NCBI GenBank assembly: GCA_965178125.1
Contig: OZ237763.1
Coordinates: forward strand, 558,001-622,000
Origin: Bilabrum cf. latius
Taxonomy: Eukaryota
Reading direction: 5' to 3'
Length of the DNA: 64,000 nt
The notes beneath the pieces are model-generated. The model made no database searches. It saw only the letters and a list, made by a program, of their open reading frames with translations, and was not told where the DNA came from. The translations under genes were made by a program, and so were the position numbers. This document shows positions 1-10,400 of this stretch, in pieces (position 1 is the stretch's first letter; each line of letters begins with the position of its first letter).

Positions 1-2
1 AG

Positions 3-1097
3 GTGCCCAGGGCGCAGAGCGCTGCGTCAATCGGGACGAGCGGGCGTGCTGGCGACAGCAGGGGCCAGGGGTTCGGAGGTAGCGGAGCCCTGACCGGCAG
101 CGCGGGGCGGCTGCCACTCCTGGACGCATCTGCAGGAAGGGTCGCGTTTGGAAGTGGCGACCAGGCCGGTGCCATTGCCCGGGCTATGCGGGATGGGTCG
201 GGGGCGGGATCCGGTGCTGGCGCGTTTGCGGAGGATCGGGAGAACGAGCTGGGCGGCAGGCTACCTGATCCGGACCTTGGACCTGGGGTTCCAACTCCGG
301 CGGAGAGGCCCCCGCCGTCTCCCAACAGCAGTGCCGGGCGAGGGAAGCCCCGGGGCGGCAGCAAGGTGATCGGGTGGGAGGGGGTCGGGCACGGGACCGG
401 TGCGCTTGAGGCAGCGGGTGAGGGCAGGCCGCTGCACTCCCAGCCCAGCAACCACTCCTCTGTGCTCAAGGGCATCGAGCAGCAGCTGCAGCACCAAGAG
501 AGGGAGAAGGAGAGGGGGGGCGAGAGCAAGACGTCGCTTGGCAGTGGTTCCAGCCGCCCCGCGTCTGGACTCTCTCTTCCTCCTGGCACGAGGCCGAGGA
601 CTAGCTCGGGAGTGCATAGGCAAGGCCATGGGCAGGGGCAGGGGTACGGGGGCTCCTCAGGGGGCGACGGCTGGGGAACGGGCACTGCCATTGGCGCGCT
701 TGAAAACCAGTTGGGGATACGTGAAGGGGGCAGGCAGCAGCCCAGCATGGCGAGTGGGGCTAGCAGCGGTAGCAGAAGGCTCCACGGATCCTTGGGCAGC
801 CGCGATGATGGGGGTGAGGGCATGGTGATCGCGGGTGGCAGGCAGCCGTCCCCTTCGCCCATGTCGAGTGCGAGAGAGCTGCGGAACCGAGAGATCGCCG
901 CGGCGCGCGCGGCGAGAGCTCGGCTGGAGGCACGGGCGAGAGGATCAGGGAACAACCCAGGGAACAGGCGGGTGCAGCATCCTGGAATGCACCAAAGGTC
1001 CGTTGGGTCTCTCGGGAGCGCCAGCGGCAGCAGGGGCGGTGGTGGGGCCTTGCACGGGCTCGCCGATCTGAGCAGCTCCAGTGGGTTCCGCGGGTGA
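3..1097 (+). CDS. 3' end of a hypothetical protein with G/S/R-rich low complexity; 5' part lies outside the window
   Basis: Open frame from the window edge. Composition matches the low-complexity tails of other genes here. Ends TGA TGA (1095-1100), followed by non-coding-looking sequence. Confidence 0.7.
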   Translation: MPRAQSAASIGTSGRAGDSRGQGFGGSGALTGSAGRLPLLDASAGRVAFGSGDQAGAIARAMRDGSGAGSGAGAFAEDRENELGGRLPDPDLGPGVPTPAERPPPSPNSSAGRGKPRGGSKVIGWEGVGHGTGALEAAGEGRPLHSQPSNHSSVLKGIEQQLQHQEREKERGGESKTSLGSGSSRPASGLSLPPGTRPRTSSGVHRQGHGQGQGYGGSSGGDGWGTGTAIGALENQLGIREGGRQQPSMASGASSGSRRLHGSLGSRDDGGEGMVIAGGRQPSPSPMSSARELRNREIAAARAARARLEARARGSGNNPGNRRVQHPGMHQRSVGSLGSASGSRGGGGALHGLADLSSSSGFRG

Positions 1098-1414
1098 TGA
1101 CGAGTGTCACGCACATTGACCTGCGTAACGTGGGGCTATGCGGTCGTGCGTGCGGTCTGCTTGGGTGCTGCTTGGGTGCTGCTTGGGCGGCTGTGCTATC
1201 CAGGTTGAACCGAAAACAGTGTTGTTTATGTGTGCTCAATGCGCCCGGTGTTCCGGTTTTGCAGCGCGAAATTCGATCGCAACCACTCTCTCGGGCCCAT
1301 AGGCAGCTTGGACTGTCCATGCATCGAGCATTCGCTCGAAGTGGTGCAAGGCCACGGGCTGGGCTTGGCAGGGCTTGTCCAAGCCAGGCCCGTGAACCGA
1401 GAACCAAGCTCCGA

Positions 1415-2299
1415 TCACGACTCCATGGGAGCGCTGGCCCCTCCAGTTGCTGCCGCTGCTGCTGCTGCCACAGCGTGCGCCTCTGCCAGCTCGCGCGCCG
1501 CCTCTGGGCCCTCCTTGAGGCCGGATGCCTTTGCCATTGCGACCAGGTCGGCATGTTCCAGGGAGAGGCTCGGCGCCGAGCCGGTTGCAGCGCTGCTGCT
1601 CGAAGTTGTGGATTCGGCTTGAAATCCAGTTCCTGCTGGCCCCGACGGGCCCCACTCGCCCCCCTTCATGCGAAGGAAGTTCGCCACGATGCGGTGGCCG
1701 TGCTCCGTAGCGACAGATTCGGGGTGAAACTGAACCCCTTCCATCACGTACTTTTTGTGGCGGACCCCCTGGATAATACCCCTGTCCGTTCGCGCAGTTA
1801 TGACCAAGCTATCTGACGGAAAAGTGCCCAGGGTCCCAGCTAAGGAATGGTAGCGAATGGCACGCATGCCCTGCGGTACCTCTGCGAACAAACCACGGCC
1901 ATCGTGTGTCATGACTGACTACTTTCCGTGCTTAATCTCCCCTGCAAATTCCACTTTGCCCCCGTATACCTCATACATGGATTGGCAGCCCAGGCAAACG
2001 CCCAAAATAGGAATCTTGCCGGCAAACGCGAGGATCGCCTCCTTCGACACTCCGGCTTCATCTGGAGTTCCTGGTCCAGGTGAAATCACGAGTCGGACAG
2101 GATTTAGTGCAAGCAGCTCGGGGATGGTAACTTTATCATTTCGAAAGACCTTGATGGAGGCCCCGCACTCCTAAAGGTACTGCACGAGATTGAAGGTGAA
2201 GCTATCATAGTTGTCAATCACTGCAGTGATACCTTCGCCCGCCCCAGCCACAACTTCAGGTATATGCACCGGAATATCTGCGTGAGATGGAGCAGCCAT
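1415..2299 (-). CDS. trpG: Anthranilate synthase component II / class I glutamine amidotransferase (TrpG/PabA-like), 294 aa, 2 internal TAG
   Basis: ATG at 2299. Motifs IDNYDSFTFNLVQYL[TAG 2171]ECG, SPGPG, GVCLGCQ (catalytic Cys), HGK[TAG 1919]S, RYHSL and GVQFHPES lie in one frame. Ends at TGA 1415. Confidence 0.92.
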
Positions 2300-2577
2300 A
2301 CCTGGGGCCTTGCTGGAGTTCTGGCATCCACATCCATGCCGCGGGCCGAGGTGATTGGCTCAATCTTCATCTTCACATCCTGGAAGATTGGAACCATTCC
2401 ACCAGTAGACACTGCTGTGCGAATGCACTGCCAGTGTACAGTAACGGAACCGTGCCATCGATTTCGTGTATGCTTATGTGAGGCATCGAATCGCGAATAG
2501 AGCACGGACTAGTAGCGATTACTGCCGCCTGCGAGCATCAGAGCCATCAGCCTTTTCCCAGCCACCTGATTCTCCAA

Positions 2578-2955
2578 TCACACCATCGGAGCAGTTGCAT
2601 GGTATCGCACTGCCAAGGCGGCATGGCGCGTCCGGTGCCCGCCTGTCGCGGCCTTGATGTGCGGCGCGCGCCATGCCGCCTTGGCAGTGCGATATCCCGT
2701 GACTGCTCCAACCACCCCGATTGCAAAAGGGGCCACCTGCATCAGTATCATTGCAGGATACATCGTACCAAGCATGGGATCGTCCAGCACCATGACGCTG
2801 CCAAGGAGGAGCAGAGCTACCGCCGGCGGGATCACGAGGGCCAGTATGAGCGTTCGGCTGGCCTCTCCACAGTTCACGATGCGGATCCAGAGCGGCTACC
2901 CAAAGAACCGCCAGACCAGTTGCTAGCCATATTGTACATACAACTATGCTCGCAT
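2578..2955 (-). CDS. Possible small membrane protein (about 125 aa, 3 internal TAG), possibly a rearranged remnant
   Basis: ATG 2955, then MRA*LYVQYG*QLVWRFFG*PLWIRIVNCGE and two hydrophobic segments; TGA at 2578. The 3' end overlaps an inverted repeat. No family recognised. Confidence 0.3.
2603..2694. repeat. Perfect 28-bp inverted repeat with a 36-nt spacer
   Basis: 2603-2630 (tatcgcactgccaaggcggcatggcgcg) is the exact reverse complement of 2667-2694. Weaker similarity extends outward (ggagcagt). Confidence 0.9.
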
Positions 2956-3391
2956 TCCCGCAAAGGTACGCTGGCGCTCGGGTCGCAAGTCCAATCGAGG
3001 CCTGTGACCTTGCAAAACAATACTTCATGGTGAGCGCACTTAGTGCCGCGCACGCCAGGGATACCCTTGTGCATCATTTCACATTATAACATTAAATCCT
3101 CAATAAACTTGGAAGAAGCAAACCGCCGGTCTTGCGTCAAGCCGAAACAACGGGGAGCCAATCAATATTAGCCAGAGCCTTCTACCTGGTGGCAACTCGA
3201 CAGCTGACGACAACCCCACGCAACATATTGATACAATCACTAAGATATCTCCTACATTGCGCAACGAACGTGGCCAAATGACGTTCGAGCGGTTGAGAAT
3301 TACTGCGCTAGCTCCGATCGTTAATCGTGAGGCATTAAGCTGTTCTTGCGCCGCCGCGATCCTCGTCGCCTCACACAACGAATCGATCGCC

Positions 3392-4927
3392 ATGGCCGCA
3401 GTACCCGGATTCGCCTCCTCTGACGCCCCCGCCGCTGATTCTGGTGATATTGTGGACGAGGAAACCGCACGGGAAGTGTTCGCGCGGTACAGCAAGGGTG
3501 GAACCACCATCGAGAGGTCAGATGTTCGTGATTTGGCCTTCAGCCTGGGGGATGCCCTCAGCCCCGACGAAGTCGACAAGGTGTTTGCCGAGCTTGACGC
3601 GGATGGTGAGCTGTATCTTATTGAGCAGTACGTCCGTCCCATGAGAATGAAGCACGCGTTGTGGGTTTTTTTTTATGCCTGCTACCCATTTGTCTCTTTT
3701 CAACTTGAGGATCTACTGTCTATCGCGCACTACTCGGTGCGTATCTATGCTTTGTTCCACATTCTACACTAGCCACACTATGCAGGGAACGGGCACATTG
3801 AGTTCGGGGAGTTCTACTCATGGCTCTCGAACCCAGATCGGGAACGCTCCGGCAACGTCACGCGGATGCTGCGCGCCCAGCTCATGGCAAGCACCACTGC
3901 TCGCATGCTGAGGAAGATCATCAGCAACGCCTCGGGCCGCAAAGTCAAGCCGGAGGAGGGCAAGACCGCCATCGACACGCACTACGCCGTCGGCGAGGTG
4001 GGCGACGATCCGGCCTTCTCGATCGAGGTCTCTGCGGGGCCCACGCGGGAAGACGCACCTGTTCCGGACGATGCCAAGCTGGCAATGGCGATCACGCTGG
4101 AGTTCCAGGACGAGGGGGCGGCCGGGACCATGCAGGGGTACCTGGAGAGTGTCTGCGAATTCGCGAACGAGATGGCTGCGGATGACGACGACGCCCCCAA
4201 GCTCAGCTGCGAGACCAAGGAGATCGACGGGAAGCCAAGCGTGGTCTTTATCATGGCCTTTCAGGGCGGCGAGATGGGCGAGATGGCCGAGGCGGCCCAG
4301 GCCATGCTGATCGACGGGCCCAAGGAGATCCTCGAAGACGGCGGTGACTTCAGCTTCCCCGAGTTCCTGCAGGACATCTCCTTCAAGATCGCAGCGAGCA
4401 TGTCTCCCTCAGATGTCATCGCGGCGGACGGCGCCGCTGTGCTGTCTGACTTCGCTGTCGATGTGCGCCTGCAGGGTGCGCTGGACGTGCAGGGTCTGCT
4501 GCTGCTGAACGCCATCCTGAAGAACGCCGCCGACGAGAACTTCATGATGGAGGACGAGTACAAGAGCGCGGCCAAGGCTTGCAAGGTGGCCAGCTCTGTC
4601 TCGGAGCTGACCCAGGTGGTCAAGTTCCGCTCGCTGGAGGCTCTGATTGGCGCATTCTCGAAGGGAGCTGCCGAGATGATGGGTCAGGTGCCGATGAAGG
4701 CCGTGGCCCTGGGTCCCATCGCCGAGATCGTGCACGGCATGCATTAGGACGAGGACACCCCTGAGTCCATCACTGACTCGTACAAGGGGCTGCGGGAGGA
4801 GTGCAGCGGCATCAAGCGGCTGCAGGTGTGGGGCGCCGGCATGTACGGACAGGTAGACTTCAAGGGCATGTCCACGGACTTCCTGCCCACTCCGGAGGAG
4901 GCCAAGGCAATCGAAGAGGCGGATTGA
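3392..4927 (+). CDS. EF-hand calcium-binding protein, copy A (exons 3392-3605 and 3786-4927; 1 internal TAG at 4745)
   Basis: Splicing the GTGAG...TGCAG intron (3606-3785) restores a canonical EF loop, DADGNGHIEFGEF. The frame continues past TAG 4745 and stays colinear with copy B to TGA 4925. Confidence 0.88.
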
Positions 4928-5563
4928 GTTTGATGGGTTGCTTGGTATTGCTCGCGCCCTACGATTTTTTCGTCCGTCTCCCTGCTTTGCGGTGGTGGCC
5001 GAGGGGCGGCATCACGATGTGTCACATGCACTTTGGACAAGAATAGGTTCATAATGTATTTTTCCGGGATCTAGTATTTTTTGTAAAAAAGTCGTATCAT
5101 TACGTGTAATCATCATCATCACCACAGAGATCTCGCACCGAACCCTCGCCCGAGGCTCAATCTCTTTGGCACTTGTCAAGGCTCCCGAGTTCACACAAGA
5201 TGATCCAGCAACACCTACACCCTGCCATGGTGTGGCTGTGGTGCAGCTGGAGCTCTTGGATCCTCGGGCTCGAACTCTTGAGGAGGTGCTTCACAGGGTC
5301 AGCAGCTGCGACTGCTCCTCCCTGGATTCCACTCTGCGCGTTGAGTGCGACCGGCATTACTCCTTCAGCTTCGGCCTGCACAGCTACTGCTTCAAGTGCT
5401 GCGGCATCTGCCACTTCACCTGCAGCCGCTTCTGTGACGTCAACTCAAAAAATTTACGAATTGTAACGAATCGTTCTGGGTAAGGAGCAAAACCAGAAAT
5501 CTCGAGCCTGCGAACACCGTCGCGGGCGATCTTCGCACGACGCTGCCAGATAGATCGATCGCC

Positions 5564-7120
5564 ATGGCCGCAGTACCCGGATTCGCCTCCTCTGACGCCC
5601 CCGCCGCTGCTTCTGGTGACATTGTGGACGAGGAAACCGCACGGGAAGTGTTCGCGCGGTACAGCAAGGGTGGAACCACCATCGAGAGGTCAGATGTTCG
5701 TGATTTGGCCTTCAGCCTGGGGGATGCCCTCAGCCCCGACGAAGTCGACAAGGTGTTTGCCGAGCTTGACGCGGATGGTGAGCAATGTTTAATATTTAAG
5801 GGGGTGCTCCTGCTGATTGAGAACAAGGCTGCGACGTTTGTCGAAGACTGAGTTCGCCAAGGTGTCGCTCTGCTACCCCCGTTCATGTTATTATTCTGTT
5901 TATCGCATTGATATGACTACTGTAGGAACGCTAGGCACATCTTTTGCCAAAATTAGTATCCTTTCGGTCGCGCAGGGAATGGGCACATTGAGTTCGGGGA
6001 GTTCTACTCATGGCTCTCAAACCCAGATCGGGAACGCTCCGGCAACGTCACGCGGATGCTGCGCGCCCAGCTCATGGCAAGCACCACTGCTCGCATGCTG
6101 AGGAAGATCATCAGCAACGCCTCGGGCCGCAAAGTCAAGCCGGAGGAGGGCAAGACCGCCATCGACACGCACTACGCCGTCGGCGAGGTGGGCGACGATC
6201 CGGCCTTCTCGATCGAGGTCTCTGCGGGGCCCACGCGGGAAGACGCACCTGTTCCGGACGATGCCAAGCTGGCAATGGCGATCACGCTGGAGTTCCAGGA
6301 CGAGGGGGCGGCGGGGACCATGCAGGGGTACCTCGAAGCCTTTAACATGGTTCTCATGAGCGATGTCGCAGATGATGATGAAGATGTGCCCAAGATTACC
6401 TGTGAGACCAAGGAGATCGACGGGAAGCCAAGCGTTATTATAACGGCGGCATTCCGGGGCGGCGAGATGGGCGAGATGGCCGAGGCGGCCCAGGCCATGC
6501 TGATCGACGGGCCCAAGGAGATCCTCGAAGACGGCGGTGACTTCAGCTTCCCCGAGTTCCTGCAGGATATCTCCTTCAAGATCGCAGCGAGCATGTCTCC
6601 CTCAGATGTCATCGCGGCGGACGGCGCCGCTGTGCTGTCTGACTTCGCTGTCGATGTGCGCCTGCAGGGGGGGCTGGACGTGCAGGGTCTGCTGCTGCTG
6701 AACGCCATCCTGAAGAACGCCGCCGACGAGAACTTCATGATGGAGGACGAGTACAAGAGCGCGGCCAAGGCTTGCAAGGTGGCCAGCTCTGTCTCGGAGC
6801 TGACCCAGGTGGTCAAGTTCCGCTCGCTGGAGGCTCTGATTGGCGCATTCTCGAAGGGAGCTGCCGAGATGATGGGTCAGGTGCCGATGAAGGCCGTGGC
6901 CCTGGGTCCCATCGCCAAGGCCGTACATGAGCTGCATTCTGACAGCGCCGCCCCTCAATCCTTTAAGGATTCGTACAAGGGGCTGCGGGAGGAGTGCAGC
7001 GGCATCAAGCGGCTGCAGGTGTGGGGCGCCGGCATGTACGGACAGGTGGACTTCAAGGGCATGTCCACGGACTTCCTGCCCACTCCGGAGGAGGCCAAGG
7101 CAATCGAAGAGGCGGATTGA
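5564..7120 (+). CDS. EF-hand calcium-binding protein, copy B (exons 5564-5777 and 5976-7120)
   Basis: Near-identical tandem paralogue of copy A, with an intron (5778-5975, GTGAG...CGCAG) at the same position. Ends at TGA 7118. Confidence 0.9.
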
Positions 7121-7481
7121 GTTTGATGGGTTGCTTGGATTGCTCGCGCCCTACAGTTTCGTCCACCGCGTCGTCTTAGTTCCGGTTCGGTTATGCTTGA
7201 CCCTGCGATGCTTAATCAGATTTCATTTCTGCGATTTCAGGATCCACTGACACTACCGAGTGAGAACCATGACAAATATACACAAGGGTACTTCTGCAAC
7301 AATCGAATCCGTTCATCACTTGTGTCCTGCGCTGTCTTCTGTGTTTGTCTTTGTCTCCCTGCGGCAGGATGTGTGTTGTAGGCCGGCCATCTGATGCCGA
7401 TCGAATATGACGATACGACTTTGAGTTTCAGATTCAGTATGTGCTTTGCCTCTGCCTGGAATCGACCGCAGCTTGGGGAGC

Positions 7482-10400
7482 ATGGACGATCCGGACCTGG
7501 CTGGCATGAACGACGCGCCGGTGCAGATGGCGTCTCCACTGGAGGCTCTGTTCGCTCGCTCCCTGCGCCCACAGGAGAGCAAACGAATATTTGAGACGCT
7601 TCTTCATTCAATGAAGCCCATTGATGAGTCTTCTATGCTGTATCTGGCTGCGGATAGCGGTGATGCGGTATTCCTGGCGCTTGTTGAAGCAGCTGCGGCC
7701 GCTGACCTATCCACGGACGCTCCGAGTGCCGATAAGGCCGCCGCACAGCGTTCAAGGCACCCTGTAGCCGTGAAGGTGGTGTTCAATCATCTGCTACCCA
7801 GCTCCAAAGAGCGTGCGGCCGCCTCCCGCCGGGAGTTCGAAGTGACCGCGGGTTTGCCATTCCACCGAAATCTGGTGCGCGTACTGTGCGAGGGCGCAGC
7901 ACCGCTGCCACCGTGGATGCTCCGTTGCCTTCCTAGGCCCGACTTGGTGTGCATCAAGTTGCCGGACGATGACGGGCAGGGGGTCGGGGTCGCAGGGGCA
8001 GGGCCGGCTGGGGACGGCCTCGAAGTACCAGGCCGAGTCGGGGCCGCCTTGCCGCAGCTCCAGCCACGCGAGGCGTACTTTCTGTGCACAGAGAATCTGA
8101 GCACACCTCTCAGATCGAAGCTGGCGAGCATGGAAGCAGGCCAGGGAGACGATCGGGTGCCGCTGCTGCTGCCACTGCCGCTGCTCATGGCATGGTGCAG
8201 CGACATCGCCGAGGGGATGCTGCACCTGGAGAGGCATGGGGTGGTTCTTACTGATCTATAGCTAGACAGCCTCATGTGGGATGCAAAAGGAGGGGTCGAG
8301 GGCGAGGGCGCAGGCGTGGGTCGCGTGGTCATCGCTGAGCTCGGGTCCTGCTGCCCCTCAGTGCAGGCGCCTTCCGCCGGAGATGCCCAAGCGACAGCCT
8401 CCGGGGCAATTGCGCCTGCAGCAGCAGCAGCTTAGGGTTCATCGCATGCAAGCGCATCTGGAGGGGCCGCCTTGAGCGCCGATAATCATGGCCGCAGGGA
8501 GTGGGGCGAAGGCGCCTTGTCGCACTGCTGTCCTGAGGTGCTGGACGAACTGGCGCAACGCAAGGCGGCCGGAAGCAGCGGAGGGGATACCACTACTATT
8601 CCGTACGGCAAACAACCGTCGTGGCAGCTGGGGCTGCAGCTGTACGGACTTGCCACCGGGGGGTTCCACCCGTACGGGGATAGTGGCGCGTCCCCAGGGC
8701 AGCTGCCGGACGGCACAGCTGTGCCGCCGGGACATTTGCAGAGGGTATTGGAGTCTTATGAGGGCCCTTTGAATCGTGAGGACAGGCTGGACGAGAGACC
8801 GTCCTGGTTTGTCAAGCTGGTGCTTGGGCTGCTGCAGGCGAATCCTGCGAAGCGCTTGTCAGTGAGCGAGGCCGCGGCGGTGCTGAGACGCAGAAGGGCT
8901 GGGCACGTGATGCAAGTGCGTGACAAACGACTGGTCGAAGCGACAGCTGCCGCAGCGGGAGCACAAAATCCGGGGCAGCACCCTCGGCAGCAGCGAGATG
9001 TCACGCTTTACCACGGCACGTCAACGAAGATCGAACGGGAGCTGCTCGAGAAGCTGGGAGCGATTCCGTTCAGCGCCGCAGGACTCGAGATGCTGACTTC
9101 GTCGGAAATGGCCGCCTCTGGTGCCAGCGAAGCGGGCGAGAGGGGCTACCACAGACGAAGAGTCAAAAGTGGTATTAGGTTTTCAGTACACCGCGCGGAG
9201 CAGCTTCTCCGGCACGAATCGGGGTCAACTGCATGGAATGCTGTACTCAGCGTCATGCAGCAGGCGGGAGTGGCAGGAGTGCCGTCCTCTCGCTCCGGGC
9301 CAAGAATGGCCTTTGGCTGGGCTGGTCCGCGCATCAGCGATAGGTCTGGGCTCAAATTCACCGCCGGAGCTTCCGTTTACCTGGCAGCGGTGCATGAGTA
9401 CCTCTGCGCTGAGCTGGAGGAGCTGTGTGGCAACGAGATGAACGGATTGCCATCCGAGTATGCAGAGAAGGCGGAGGGCGAAGGCGAGGGTGCATGTCCT
9501 CTGCCAGTGCCGCCCTCCATAGCCTTGAGCGCGATCAAGGAGGATGCGGAGCTGCTAAAAACTTTTTCTCCGCTCGGAGGCCTTGATGCAGGATTTCAGC
9601 TGATGGCACCGTGCCACCGTCGGCTAGAGCTTATACCAGAGCAGGAACTGACCGGTATCAGTAGTAAAGCCAGCGAATCCAGCGGTGGCAAAGGTGGTCA
9701 AAAAGGTCATGCGCTTACGCCAGTTCAGCCCTCATCGATTCTAGCTGAAGAATCGGCCACAGACGTGTGGCAGCGGCGGCGGGATCGCCTGGGATTATCC
9801 GACAGTGATACCGAAGCAGGCGGCCGCGACGAGTGGGATAAAGAGGATTAGGCTGCCTCGGGGTTATCTTCTCCTGCGTCTTCTAAGGACGCAATCGGCA
9901 ACGTGTACCCTTGTAGCGTGCTGCAGATGGCTACCGTAGCCCTAGCGCGGTCTGTAGATCGCCATGCAGAGGCCTCCCGGTCTGGCATTGAGGTACACCT
10001 GGATGAAATGGCCGGGGCAGTCTTGGGCAGGGGCAGGAGCAGGAGTAGACCGATGAGACTTGTGGGTGCAACTCGCGTGACGCGCGGCCCCTTGTCATAT
10101 GAGCTGAGGCCGCAGGACGGGCACGATCGACCCCCCGTCGACGCGCTCGAAAGGCAAGTCGAGGCTTCACTCAACGGGCTGCTTGCTGCGGTATTACGGA
10201 ATGCGGTGACGTGTGTCGAGTACAGTAGATGTCTGCGCTTACGTTGGCAGGACGTGGCCCACGCTGCCGTGCTGCACGCCGCCTCCGTTGTCAATCTGAG
10301 GGAGGACAGGGGGGCGTGGGACGCGAGACGAGACCTGGTGCTGTTCCGAAAAGCGGCAACGAACGCCAGAAGGCGCAGCAACGGCCGCCCTTCTGCTGCC

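Noticed and set aside
5012-5483. Ala-rich minus-strand ORFs (5157-5414, 5012-5194) between the EF-hand copies
   Set aside because: No ATG start, different frames and no recognisable motif. It may be a gene fragment but I cannot support it.
9000-9110. Possible fifth, partial histone fold (KIERELLEKLGAIPFSAAGLEMLTS) before the H2A-like fold
   Set aside because: It resembles only an alpha1-loop-alpha2 start and is too short to call without a profile search.
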